Source of the DNA: Calditrichia bacterium
Lineage (GTDB): Bacteria; Calditrichota; Calditrichia; RBG-13-44-9; J075
Assembly: GCA_050633245.1 (NCBI GenBank)
Contig: JBOEGD010000010.1
Coordinates: 93,987 to 157,986, forward strand
Direction of reading: 5' to 3'
DNA: 64,000 nt
A model generated the notes under the pieces. The model ran no database searches. It saw only the letters and a list, made by a program, of their open reading frames with translations, and was not told the DNA's origin. A program made the translations under genes and the position numbers. Positions 1 to 9,493 of this stretch are shown piece after piece; position 1 is the first letter of the stretch, and each line of letters starts with the position of its first letter.

Positions 1-2
1 TA

Positions 3-191
3 CGAAGCTATCCTCCCGTTCAGGAGGAAGATTCAAAATATTATCATGAAGTCGTGTTAGAAGACGGCAACAACGCTCATTTTCAACGCTACCAGTTTTC
101 GCGCGAAAAGAAGCGTTATCAGAAGGTAAACTCACAGCTTACACGTGAGTCATTTGAAAAGCTGATCGATACATTTGCAGATTTATTTTAA
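3..191 (+). CDS. 3' end of a hypothetical protein (truncated by the window edge)
   Basis: Open frame from position 3 (RSYPPVQEEDSKYYHEVVLEDG...FEKLIDTFADLF) to TAA at 189-191; converges on the next gene. Confidence 0.55.
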   Translation, partial: RSYPPVQEEDSKYYHEVVLEDGNNAHFQRYQFSREKKRYQKVNSQLTRESFEKLIDTFADLF

Positions 192-581
192 GTCTTTATT
201 GCTCCGGAGCCTTGCTTCGGAGCGTTTTTTTATCCACTCCCCTATTCCCGCCACTGCCATTGCACCTATTAAATAGAAAGGAAAATCAATCCACGAAAAT
301 GTGCTGCCCAAAACGAGCCTGCCTGCCTGCGTGGCGCGAATCGTTTCCAGAAAGAGCGGATGCCAAAGCTGTAGGAACTCCACACCACACGTCACGATAA
401 ATGCGGCTCCGGCTACCTTCAGCGGCGACAATTTCGGTCGCAATGTCAAAGCAAGAAATCCCCACCACATCACGTAGATCGCACCACCAAGATTTGCTGC
501 AACCCAGCCGGGAAGGCTTTTTGAGAACAAACCAATTGGAACACACAAAAGTGCGAGCAGTGCAAAGCTAGTTCTTGGCAA
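183..581 (-). CDS. DUF2809-like small membrane protein
   Basis: Several hydrophobic helices and the motif VEFLQLWH...IRAT..GRLVLGSTFSWID typical of DUF2809; TTG start uncertain. Confidence 0.7.
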   Translation of the reverse strand: MPRTSFALLALLCVPIGLFSKSLPGWVAANLGGAIYVMWWGFLALTLRPKLSPLKVAGAAFIVTCGVEFLQLWHPLFLETIRATQAGRLVLGSTFSWIDFPFYLIGAMAVAGIGEWIKKRSEARLRSNKDLK

Positions 582-625
582 AAAAAGACCCGTCCCGGTG
601 CTACAGATTTTAGATGCACTTTTCT

Positions 626-1681
626 CTATTTTTCGCGAATAGAGGCAAAAGCAATTAGAGATAAATCACAAGAAATAATCGCATTTTTACCAACGGCTAT
701 TACTTGTTGGTTTTGGCCATTATTGTCCATGGAATGAAGCGTCCGGTTTTTTCCAGACCAGTATAATATCTTACTGCCGTCAGGTGAGATACTAAAGCCA
801 TCGCCCCCACCAAAATTAAATCCATTCATTAACTCAACATAGTCTGTTCCATCACTACGCATTGATACCAACAAATCAGGTGAGCCCTCTTTTGTATAAA
901 CAATTCTTTCCCCATTTTGCGAAACGTAAACAGGGTTTACAAAACAGCATTCTGTATCAAGAATTTGTTTATCATTTCCGAAAATATCGATACTTAATAT
1001 TGAATCAGTAAAAGCACCTGCTGAACTTTTGCCTAGATAAACGATGCGGCCTGTATCGCTAAAGTGCGGATATCTATATCTTCTTGACGTGCTTTGCACA
1101 CCTTGACTTGTTAAAACCGTATCTGTTTTCATAGTAGCAAGGTTGACTATCTCAAGCGTCTCCAAATTTACATCTTTTCTCTCCCCTGAAAACACTAAAT
1201 ATTCGCTATCTGGTGAAAAAGATGGATACTGATAAATAGTATTAGCTGAATTTGTGATCTGCTTAAGATTTAAACTGGATAAATCAAGAAGATATATCTC
1301 CCAAAGGATATCCGGATCTTTTGGCTTTAGAGAAAAAGCCAGGAAACGTTTATCAGGTGAAACAGATACATTCGAATTAATATCTCCAAGATCCGTTGGT
1401 ATTATATAAAGCGTTCGAATAGCTGAAAAATCGGTTGGGATTTGTAGAATGAATCTCCCGTTGGCTGATATAATAGAAGAATCGTTTTTTCCAAAAAATA
1501 AGATACTGCTATCAAACCCTCTATTCTGCGAATCCTGCAACAATCTGGTTTCATTGGTTGAGATCTCTTTAATAATAAGAGGAAATTTGAATTCTGGTCT
1601 CGTAACTTCAGATGGCTGAGAGCACGCAAGAAGAAAGAGAGTAAAACAAATTAAATTTATGTTTAAGATTCTATCAAACAT
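626..1681 (-). CDS. TolB-like/PD40 beta-propeller lipoprotein
   Basis: Lipobox LLAC; repeated SPD(K/S/G)..(L/I) blade motifs (VSPDKRFLAF, FSPDSEYLVF, ISPDGSKILY). Confidence 0.7.
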   Translation of the reverse strand: MFDRILNINLICFTLFLLACSQPSEVTRPEFKFPLIIKEISTNETRLLQDSQNRGFDSSILFFGKNDSSIISANGRFILQIPTDFSAIRTLYIIPTDLGDINSNVSVSPDKRFLAFSLKPKDPDILWEIYLLDLSSLNLKQITNSANTIYQYPSFSPDSEYLVFSGERKDVNLETLEIVNLATMKTDTVLTSQGVQSTSRRYRYPHFSDTGRIVYLGKSSAGAFTDSILSIDIFGNDKQILDTECCFVNPVYVSQNGERIVYTKEGSPDLLVSMRSDGTDYVELMNGFNFGGGDGFSISPDGSKILYWSGKNRTLHSMDNNGQNQQVIAVGKNAIISCDLSLIAFASIREK

Positions 1682-1711
1682 TGAATTGCCATTTTATAAA
1701 TCGAACGAATC

Positions 1712-2260
1712 TCAATCACTTTTTCTCGTATAGACACGTCGATGCGTCAACTGCCAGGCTGCACCGGCTCGCGGACGCATATAGCTCTCACTGACAAAGC
1801 CCGTTTTGGTCACATCTTTTATAAGATGTTTTACACTAAGCGTTCTGGTCTTCAACTCTCGCTGCCACATCACATTCAAGCTGTCGCTTTTAAACGTTCC
1901 TTCCAACAGCATCGGGTTTGCATGATTACTGTCCAGCCATAGTTTAGAGACAGTTACGGAATCCTTCCACACGTGCAGCGTTTTAAACTGCAGCTCTGCG
2001 CCTTTTAGTGTACCCGTGTAGTCTTCTTCGATGCCGCAGTTCGCAAAAAGAACGCGAATAGTCGACACGCCAGTGTTTTTCTCATAGTCACCGGGTGCGA
2101 TCCGATCCTGCGAAGCCACAAGCCAATCGCCTTCCAGCTGCTTTAAAAAATTTGTATTGGGTTGACTACAAGGCTGCTGTGCCGATGCAGAAATCGGCAG
2201 CAGCAAAATAAATTTCAAGACAACAGTTAATGCAATGCTGGTAATCTTTTTAATACGCAT
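1712..2260 (-). CDS. Secreted hypothetical protein (DUF1579-like beta protein)
   Basis: GGAGG RBS before ATG at 2260; signal peptide ending ASA-Q; FLKQLEGDW and WLDSNH motifs. Confidence 0.55.
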   Translation of the reverse strand: MRIKKITSIALTVVLKFILLLPISASAQQPCSQPNTNFLKQLEGDWLVASQDRIAPGDYEKNTGVSTIRVLFANCGIEEDYTGTLKGAELQFKTLHVWKDSVTVSKLWLDSNHANPMLLEGTFKSDSLNVMWQRELKTRTLSVKHLIKDVTKTGFVSESYMRPRAGAAWQLTHRRVYTRKSD

Positions 2261-2364
2261 AGTACCTCCGTGGACAATTGAGTGAATAGAAAATGTTGGC
2301 ATTAAAAAAAACCTTCAAGCCCACGCGTGATCATTATACTATCGTAAAACTCGCGACACAAGTT

Positions 2365-3675
2365 TCAGCGAACCAGCAGTATCTTTTGACTTTGCACTTC
2401 CCCTCCGCTCTCCAGCTGACTGAGATACACGCCCGAAGCAACCGGAGTTGCAGTTTCATCCCGACCGTCCCACTTTACATCATGCATTCCGGCAGAACGT
2501 TCATTATTCACCAGTATGCGCACAAGGCGTCCAGAGATATCTGTAATCTGCAGTAGCACCTCCGAACGTCTATAAAGTTCAAACCGCAGCGTGGTAGATG
2601 GATTAAATGGATTGGGATAGTTTGCTAACAGGCGAATGCTGCTCGGCGTTGTCTCGGGAACCTGGTCTCCAATACCGGTTACTCCGCCGTTAACGGTTTT
2701 GAGAACAATTCCTTCTTCTCCAACCACATAGCCGGTATCGGCACTGATAAAAGAAAGAGCATTCAGTTTTTGAGTTGTTACAGCTTGTTGAATCCAGGTG
2801 CCTCCACCGTCTGTTGTATATTGCAGGAGACCACCTTCTCCAACCGACCAGCCGGAATTTGTAGTCAGGAATTGAATATCACTGAGTGTACCGATGCTCG
2901 TCTCTTCCGTCCAGTTCAAACCGCCATCAGTAGTGCGTAAATAAATACCGCCCTCATCAACCAGCCAGCCATGCTGTTGATCTACAAAGTTAATACGCGA
3001 ATCGAGACCGCCTATCGTAGGGATAGATCTGGCTGTCCATGTGGTGCCTCCATTGGTTGTTAAGTAAATAGTGTCAGGAGGGGCAGCAATCCATCCATAG
3101 TTATTATCCAGGAAAAACATGTCGCGTAGTACACCTGATTGAAATCTATCAATGCCTGGCAACGGGCAATCCGCCTGCCAATTCGGTGAACCCGACTCCA
3201 GGCAATATACCTCAGTTTCAAAAAGCTGATTGGTTTCACCAAAGATCCAGCCCTTCGTATCCGATACCATTTCAATGACACTCCCCTGTCCTAATTCCAA
3301 TCCTGATGAGGATCTTGTCCAGGATAGTCCGCTATTTTCTGTTTTCCAGACCGTCACTTCGGGTATGTGAAATAGTGGGTCCAGCTCCCATCCAACAGTC
3401 CAACCAGTTTGGGAATTTATAAAATCTACCTCCCGTAACACACCGGCATTAATCGTATTAACGGTATCCCAGGATGCGCCGCCATCAATTGTTCGATAGA
3501 CGGCAGCCCGCCCATCTAAGACCAGCTCATAACCGATAGCCACTGCTTCATCAGCCGAAATAGCATGAACGTCGGTTAATCGCATATTCGGATCAATGAC
3601 CTGCATATCCCAGCCCTGACCATGAAGTAGGGATCCTAGAAATAACGTGGATAAAATGATGAGTATTCTGAACAT
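2365..3675 (-). CDS. YCF48/BNR-repeat beta-propeller protein with C-terminal FlgD-Ig/T9SS type A-like sorting domain
   Basis: AGAGGAGG RBS before ATG 3675; repeated TxDGGxxW (Asp-box) motifs; C-terminal NYPNPFNPSTTLRFEL...WDGRDE...SGVYL...KILLVR. Confidence 0.8.
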   Translation of the reverse strand: MFRILIILSTLFLGSLLHGQGWDMQVIDPNMRLTDVHAISADEAVAIGYELVLDGRAAVYRTIDGGASWDTVNTINAGVLREVDFINSQTGWTVGWELDPLFHIPEVTVWKTENSGLSWTRSSSGLELGQGSVIEMVSDTKGWIFGETNQLFETEVYCLESGSPNWQADCPLPGIDRFQSGVLRDMFFLDNNYGWIAAPPDTIYLTTNGGTTWTARSIPTIGGLDSRINFVDQQHGWLVDEGGIYLRTTDGGLNWTEETSIGTLSDIQFLTTNSGWSVGEGGLLQYTTDGGGTWIQQAVTTQKLNALSFISADTGYVVGEEGIVLKTVNGGVTGIGDQVPETTPSSIRLLANYPNPFNPSTTLRFELYRRSEVLLQITDISGRLVRILVNNERSAGMHDVKWDGRDETATPVASGVYLSQLESGGEVQSQKILLVR

Positions 3676-3835
3676 CTTTCCTCCTCTGCGCAACACGCAG
3701 TTTTGACATAATAGTATCGAAACCATCATAAAGTGGTTTGCACCAGGGAGAATTTTTGAAGCAGGAAAAAGGTGAGAATGAGGGGAAAAGAATCAGATGT
3801 CTCTTTTATAACAGTAATATTTTTTCAAAGCTTTG

Positions 3836-4429
3836 TCAAGAAGTTTCATGTGTGAAGTTAGAATCATCTATCGCTCGCAGGTCCGCAAGCGTGTTTACAT
3901 TGCGGAATTGCCGCTCTGCGACGGCGGTATTGAAGACGACTTCAATGGCATCCAGATGCTTTAAAAGCGCATGTAAGCCGTAGCGTTTAGTAGCCATTTG
4001 CAATTCAATACTTCCACGTGCAGAAACAGGCCAAATCGACACCAGCGGCTGAACGCCTCTTTCTGAAACAGCTACAACCGGCTGATCATGCTTATCGTTT
4101 TCAAGAAGCGTTTTATAGATATTCGCGGTAACTAGCGGCATGTCGCAAGGAATTATCGCAATCCGTTCCGTTTCACAGGATTCAAATGCAGCATGCAGTC
4201 CGCCAATAGGACCACAATTCTGGAAAAGGTCCGGAAGTTGTTGAATTGAGCTATCGAGAGGTAACGGTGCCGACCCGCAGCAAACAAAAACATTCTCCGA
4301 TAGCTGCTGCGCCAAAGATACGGCATGATCGATGAGTCGCTTACCGTGAAATTCGGCCAGGGCTTTTGGAGAGCCAAAACGACGGCTTTTTCCCCCGGCA
4401 ATAATTGCAACCGTCAATGAGATGGACAT
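3836..4429 (-). CDS. mobA: Molybdenum cofactor guanylyltransferase
   Basis: IIAGGKSRRFGSPKA, GPIGGL, PCDMP and FRNVNT motifs; ATG at 4429 (TTG at 4435 is an alternative start). Confidence 0.9.
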   Translation of the reverse strand: MSISLTVAIIAGGKSRRFGSPKALAEFHGKRLIDHAVSLAQQLSENVFVCCGSAPLPLDSSIQQLPDLFQNCGPIGGLHAAFESCETERIAIIPCDMPLVTANIYKTLLENDKHDQPVVAVSERGVQPLVSIWPVSARGSIELQMATKRYGLHALLKHLDAIEVVFNTAVAERQFRNVNTLADLRAIDDSNFTHETS

Positions 4430-4431
4430 GT

Positions 4432-4709
4432 TCAACCTTTTTTCTCAATGGAACAGAAGATTGATTTTGACGCGGGTGTCTTGCTGTCAGCGGGAAAATT
4501 GTCAATCGGAACCAGCACGTTTGCCTCCGGGAAGCCGTTCGCAATACAGCGCCACATCGCTGTTTATATTGACCTGAAAGAATACATCCGTCAAGCTGAT
4601 TCCTCCGATAAGGTAATCTGAAAGAAGCTCTGGATGTTTAAATCCCATCAACCCGGTTTCCGGCAGCGGATTAAGGTGATAATCTTACCGCCATTTTAGA
4701 TTTAGCCAT
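4432..4709 (-). pseudogene. Heavily deleted relic of an FdhF/YdeP-family molybdopterin oxidoreductase
   Basis: Manual translation of the minus strand gives NGGKIIT / LNPLPETGLMGFKHPE...LTDVFFQVNINSDVAL joined out of frame to CIANGFPEANVLVPIDNFPADSKTPASKSIFCSIEKKG* (stop 4432-4434); these resemble a mid-protein segment and the C-terminus of FdhF/YdeP proteins; located between fdhD and mobA. Confidence 0.75.
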
Positions 4710-4717
4710 ATTTATTT

Positions 4718-5614
4718 TCATGCCTTCTTGTCAGGCTCATTTTGGGAATGGATGTTTTTAGCCAATCTTTCTGGATTGCTATAGCAATTAAAGGAAGAAG
4801 GCCGTAAAAAGCCAATCAGCGTAAGGTCGTTCTCCTGCGCCGTCTCAACAGCAAGGCTGGATGGTGCTCCGATTGCTGCGAGGATTGCAACTCGTGCAAC
4901 GACAGCCTTCTCCACAAGCTCATAGCCAATTCTCCCACTTAGTAGAATGACCGATTGATGGAGCGGTAAATTGTCTTTGTATAGCGCCGCGCCGATTAAT
5001 TTATCAAGGGCATTATGCCTTCCGATATCTTCTCGTAGCGTCAGCAACTCTCCCTTTAAATCAAAAAGTGCGGCGGCATGTAATCCACCTGTTCGTGCAA
5101 AAACTGCCTGTTGTTCACGGAGCTTTTGTGGAAGCGTCTGAAGAATATCAATTGGCACCAGGCTGCTCACCGGTGGTGCATCATAAATCAGGGAATCTGC
5201 AAAAAGTGTAGAGAAATTGGTTTTTCCACACACCCCGCAACTTGAATTCGTGTAAACATTTCTTGAGAAATGAGCTGTATCGACACGAACTTCCGGCATC
5301 AACTCGACAAGTATAGTTGTTTCCCCTTCTTCACGGCGATGCGCCTCACGAACATCCTTACAAAATCTGATCGATTTAATATCGCTCTTCGTGCTAATTA
5401 TGCCCTCGCCGAACAGGTAACCAACGGCAAGCTCCAGATCGTCACCGGGCGTTCGCATCGTTATGGAAAGCGTTCGGTGCTCGCGAGAATCCTTGCTGCC
5501 AAAGCTAAGTCGGATTTCCAGCGGCGATTCCACTGCCAGTAGATCTGCACGCTCTTCCCGGTTTCCCTTGGAATAATAAGTGAGCACAGCGGGAGCAATC
5601 TTTAAATTTTTCAT
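4718..5614 (-). CDS. fdhD: Formate dehydrogenase accessory sulfurtransferase
   Basis: TMRTPGDDLELAVGYLFGEG, SSCGVCG, TGGLHAAALF and REDIGRHNALDKLIG motifs. Confidence 0.92.
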   Translation of the reverse strand: MKNLKIAPAVLTYYSKGNREERADLLAVESPLEIRLSFGSKDSREHRTLSITMRTPGDDLELAVGYLFGEGIISTKSDIKSIRFCKDVREAHRREEGETTILVELMPEVRVDTAHFSRNVYTNSSCGVCGKTNFSTLFADSLIYDAPPVSSLVPIDILQTLPQKLREQQAVFARTGGLHAAALFDLKGELLTLREDIGRHNALDKLIGAALYKDNLPLHQSVILLSGRIGYELVEKAVVARVAILAAIGAPSSLAVETAQENDLTLIGFLRPSSFNCYSNPERLAKNIHSQNEPDKKA

Positions 5615-5782
5615 CAACAAACCTCGTTCAATGCTTTTTCAAATATAGGAAAAATGAGCAAAAAAACTCGATTTTTCTAAGCGAGGTCGCCAAATCTCCC
5701 CTTGCTCAAATCGATAATTTTTAGCAACTTTTTAGACTCAATACGGTAGAATAAGTATACGCGCACAAATAGCGAGGTCAAT

Positions 5783-6157
5783 ATGAGAAAAGCATTAATT
5801 TTTATGGGTTGTTTATTCTTCATAAGTCTTCTGACGGGTACAGCCTTTGGTCAAGAGGCTAATAGCGAAAATTCAGCGATTGCAATAGATGGTGAGAATA
5901 AATCTATACAGGAGGATTTGCTTGAAAACCGTATTGCAGAAGTAAATCATGAATCCATAGTAGATCAGACCGCGCCCAATCTCAATATGAAGGAGCTAAC
6001 CCCGTTGGTTCCAACAACACCTCCTGCAGGAATCGGCTACCCATTGAGCAATCCGATTACGGAAACTCCAAAGGGTAAGATTTACCCATCTCAAACGGAA
6101 AGAGATGTTGTAGTGGGAGTGCTATTGTCAGCCGCACTTCAAAAGCTGCTACCCTAG
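5783..6157 (+). CDS. Secreted hypothetical protein
   Basis: GAGG RBS; signal peptide ending AFG-Q; Pro/Thr-rich middle; no family recognised. Confidence 0.55.
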   Translation: MRKALIFMGCLFFISLLTGTAFGQEANSENSAIAIDGENKSIQEDLLENRIAEVNHESIVDQTAPNLNMKELTPLVPTTPPAGIGYPLSNPITETPKGKIYPSQTERDVVVGVLLSAALQKLLP

Positions 6158-6197
6158 ACTGTGAACTTCGAACGGTGAACGGCAAGGACTTTAAGAG

Positions 6198-6220
6198 CGT
6201 CACCTGAGCGGAGTCGAAGG
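6198..6220 (+). repeat. REP-like palindromic repeat (CGTCACCTGAGCGGAGTCGAAGG)
   Basis: Same GAGCGGAGTCGA core as the copies at 28400-28420 and 42331-42356. Confidence 0.7.
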
Positions 6221-6242
6221 CAAAGCGAACAGACGATAGCGA

Positions 6243-6277
6243 TGAACTGTGAACTGTGAACTGTGAACTGTGAACTG
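6243..6277. repeat. 7-bp tandem repeat (TGAACTG)x5, with degenerate copies at 6159-6182
   Basis: Directly visible between convergent genes. Confidence 0.9.
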
Positions 6278-6316
6278 TCAATTTAAAATAATCAATCATA
6301 ATTCATCATTCATCAA

Positions 6317-8479
6317 TTACAACAATCCCCAGCGTTTGCGTAAAAACCACTCTATCCCAAGCAGTGTAATAAGCGCAACAAGCCACTGCCAATAATTCCA
6401 CAAGAACATCTCGTCGAAAGAAATCTGCAGACGACTCTCTACCTTATTGTCTGCGAAGGTTTTGATAAAGCTGTCCGGCGTGTAACTCTTTCCCTGCGTT
6501 TCTAAAGCCAGCTGCTCCATCAGACTCTTATTGGCCGAAATCTGCTGAAACTCCAGATAGAAAGGCTTAACAGAAAATTTACCGCTGCGCGACCCAATGT
6601 TTCTTCCATTGCGAGTTGCCCGAACGGTATACCGATAATCACCTTGCGGTAACCCGGAAAAGCTCTGGCTGTAAAAGCCATTGCCCTGCGCAATAAATTC
6701 ATCGGTCTGTTTAACCGTGTCATTCTGAACCGTTGCAACAACATCAGCATCAGGAATTTGTTCATAGAACTCATCGTATACCGATCCGGATAGCGTAACG
6801 GCCTCGCCAACATTATAGACATCTTGTAATGGGCGAACTTGAACCTGATTGATATCATCACGGTTTACCAGCCAGCGCATAGATCGTTCGAGCCAGTTTA
6901 CAAAGAACTCGTTTCGGGAAGGATCTTCTTGCAAACGAAAGTGCCAATTGGCAATATTTGAGGCAGCAAAAACAAGCTGTTTAATCTCGTTTTGCCGATA
7001 GGAAAAATATGCCGGAGCAGGCTTTGGTTTTCCCGAGGCAGAGCTGTTAACACTTAGCAGCACCTGCGCACCATTGGAAGGAGATACACCCGAGTAATAT
7101 TCAACCGGCGGCAGCTCTTGCCATAACAGGTCGTTAATTCCCTCACTCTCGGAGAGTTTGGCAGCAGGGTGCAGCCTTCCAGCTGGCGTTAATCCCACAA
7201 TCTGTTCTTGTATTGGTCGAATGCCCTTGTCTACCGTAAATGGCAACATGTCTTCCAAGGCCTTCAACTTCGCCACATCATTTCGTCGATTAAACATCCA
7301 GAAAACGGGTTTCTTCTTGCTGCGAATCAAGGTAGTAAGCTGTTGGACATGTGCGGCATCGGACAAGCGCGATGGAAAGCCATGCATAAGAATCAAATCC
7401 TGGGTATCCAGTAAGGCTTGCGTAAACCGTCCCTCGAAATATTGAGACGAATTGACTTCCGTTCGGAATGCAAAGTTGAAGTCTTTTAGTTTATCTCCGG
7501 CAAAGCTCAAAAAGCGCCGGTCGAAATCGGCCCCTCCACTCATAACCAGAACATTTATTCGGCTCTTCAAAACCTGCACTCTAAGTAGCTTACGATTATT
7601 CTTTTCGGTTTTTTCATCAGCAAGCGTCTGCATTGAAACGGAATAGGTAAAATCTCCAGCTTCTGTTGAAACAATCTCGAGTATTTCTTTTTGTTCGAAG
7701 CCGGAATTTCCCAACGTAATTTGCTTCTGAGCTACCCGCTTTCCATTTCGAGCGATGCTCAACAATGCCCTCTTACCATCATATCCACTTTGGCTAAACA
7801 CGATTTCTACTGGTAGCTTCTTACCGACGTAGGTGACGTTATTAGACTGCACTCGCGTAATTGCTATATCATTTGGCTGCCTTGCATCGCCGACTAAAAC
7901 CGTATGCACCGGTGTTGCTCGCTGTCTGGCTGGAAGCACTGGGTTCACGCCTTGATTATAAACGCCGTCACTTACCACAACGATTCCCTGTAGATTGGTA
8001 GTAGACAGGCTATCGGATACCGAGGCAATTGCCCGTGCAAGATTACTTCCGTCAACAGCAAAATCCAGAGAATCTTCCCCACCGGTAAAAGAGCGCAAAT
8101 TCAGATCGAAACGATAGGGTCTTATCTCAACTGAGTCGTTTGGAAAAATGGCATCTACATTTTGCATGATAAAATTAAGTGAATCGAATCGGCTTCCATA
8201 CGATTCACTGATTTTCATGCTGGCCGAGTTATCATATAAAACGGCAATTACCGGTTTTTCCCGGCTGCGATAAAGCAACTGCATAACGGGCTCAAGAATA
8301 AGGAAGAGCACCAGACCAAGAGATAGTGCGCGTAACAGGAATCCCGGTATTCGACGCTTTGTAGACAACGGCGGCAATGTTCGAAAGTAGAATAGGTAGG
8401 AGACAACAGCAAGTGCCAGAACGGACAAAACAAATATCCAGTTCGGCCAAGTCATCTTTAAGAATATTTCCTGTATCAT
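6317..8479 (-). CDS. vWA-domain membrane protein (vWA, Ig-like and GATase-like modules)
   Basis: Two N-terminal TM helices; MIDAS-like LYDNSASM...GSNL...VVSDG; C-terminal TM helix ending LGIEWFLRKRWGLL. Confidence 0.7.
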   Translation of the reverse strand: MIQEIFLKMTWPNWIFVLSVLALAVVSYLFYFRTLPPLSTKRRIPGFLLRALSLGLVLFLILEPVMQLLYRSREKPVIAVLYDNSASMKISESYGSRFDSLNFIMQNVDAIFPNDSVEIRPYRFDLNLRSFTGGEDSLDFAVDGSNLARAIASVSDSLSTTNLQGIVVVSDGVYNQGVNPVLPARQRATPVHTVLVGDARQPNDIAITRVQSNNVTYVGKKLPVEIVFSQSGYDGKRALLSIARNGKRVAQKQITLGNSGFEQKEILEIVSTEAGDFTYSVSMQTLADEKTEKNNRKLLRVQVLKSRINVLVMSGGADFDRRFLSFAGDKLKDFNFAFRTEVNSSQYFEGRFTQALLDTQDLILMHGFPSRLSDAAHVQQLTTLIRSKKKPVFWMFNRRNDVAKLKALEDMLPFTVDKGIRPIQEQIVGLTPAGRLHPAAKLSESEGINDLLWQELPPVEYYSGVSPSNGAQVLLSVNSSASGKPKPAPAYFSYRQNEIKQLVFAASNIANWHFRLQEDPSRNEFFVNWLERSMRWLVNRDDINQVQVRPLQDVYNVGEAVTLSGSVYDEFYEQIPDADVVATVQNDTVKQTDEFIAQGNGFYSQSFSGLPQGDYRYTVRATRNGRNIGSRSGKFSVKPFYLEFQQISANKSLMEQLALETQGKSYTPDSFIKTFADNKVESRLQISFDEMFLWNYWQWLVALITLLGIEWFLRKRWGLL

Positions 8480-9492
8480 AAGTAGCTTTTCTCGTCACCC
8501 AGCACTAGAGCCGGATACGCATTAACGCGGTTCGTAGATTGATATCCTTGTCGAAGCCGTTCCAGACCGGCACGGGCAATCATAGCTGCATTATCGGTGC
8601 AATATTTCATTGGTGGACAATAGACACGTATCTGGTGTTTTGCAGCCTCATTTGTCATCTCAGAGCGCAAAAATGAGTTGGCAGCAACTCCTCCGGCTAT
8701 GGTAATTTGCTTTATCTTGCTATTCAAGGCTGCCATTATCGTACGCTTTACCAGTACATTTACTGCAGCTCTCTGAAACGATGCGCAGAGGTCTGCAATA
8801 TGCAAACGGGTTTGTTCTTCACCGAGTTCCCTTACTTTGGTAAGAACTGCTGTTTTGAGTCCACTATAGCTGAAGTCGTATGTTTTCTCTTTATACAAGC
8901 CAAGGGGAAATTCACAGAAGCCCGGATCGCCACTCTGAGCCAGTTTATCAACCTGTGGCCCCCCCGGATAAGGCAAACCGAGTAGTTTCGCAACCTTATC
9001 ATATGCTTCGCCAACTGCATCATCACGAGTTTTTCCGAGAATCTCATAATGCAAATGCTTTTCCATTCGCACAATTTGAGTATGACCACCCGAGACAATT
9101 AGACAGATCATAGGAAGATCTACGACAGCATCATCCAGAAAGTTTGAGTAAACATGTCCCTCGATATGATTAACGCCGACAAACGGCATTTTCAGCACAG
9201 CAGACATCCCTTTGGCATAGTTCAGCCCTACCATTAAAGCGCCTATTAACCCAGGTCCATGAGTAACGGCTATTCCATCTAAATCCTGCATCTTTACACC
9301 AGACGCAGTTAAGGCCTCTGAAACAATCGGCAGAATCTTGCGAAGATGTGCTCGCGAAGCGAGTTCAGGAACGACACCGCCAAACTGCATGTGAACTTGT
9401 TGAGAAGATATTATATTTGATAAAACCTTATTCTCCTCGACCACTGCCGCAGAAGTTTCATCACAGGAAGTTTCTATTCCAAGTATGCGCAT
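8476..9492 (-). CDS. tsaD: tRNA N6-adenosine threonylcarbamoyltransferase
   Basis: MRILGIETSCDETSAA, GGVVPELASRAH, NHIEGH, VSGGHT, DDAVGEAYDK and CTDNAAMIA; true start is ATG 9492. Confidence 0.96.
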   Translation of the reverse strand: MRILGIETSCDETSAAVVEENKVLSNIISSQQVHMQFGGVVPELASRAHLRKILPIVSEALTASGVKMQDLDGIAVTHGPGLIGALMVGLNYAKGMSAVLKMPFVGVNHIEGHVYSNFLDDAVVDLPMICLIVSGGHTQIVRMEKHLHYEILGKTRDDAVGEAYDKVAKLLGLPYPGGPQVDKLAQSGDPGFCEFPLGLYKEKTYDFSYSGLKTAVLTKVRELGEEQTRLHIADLCASFQRAAVNVLVKRTIMAALNSKIKQITIAGGVAANSFLRSEMTNEAAKHQIRVYCPPMKYCTDNAAMIARAGLERLRQGYQSTNRVNAYPALVLGDEKSYL

Positions 9493-9493
9493 A

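Noticed and set aside
6159-6280. Possible CRISPR array (also considered at 55617-55691)
   Set aside because: Units are only 7-9 bp, there are no regular unique spacers and no cas genes
6057-6299. 80-aa ORF with TVHSSQF repeats (likewise 11267-11458)
   Set aside because: Translation of short tandem repeats; no RBS or family signal
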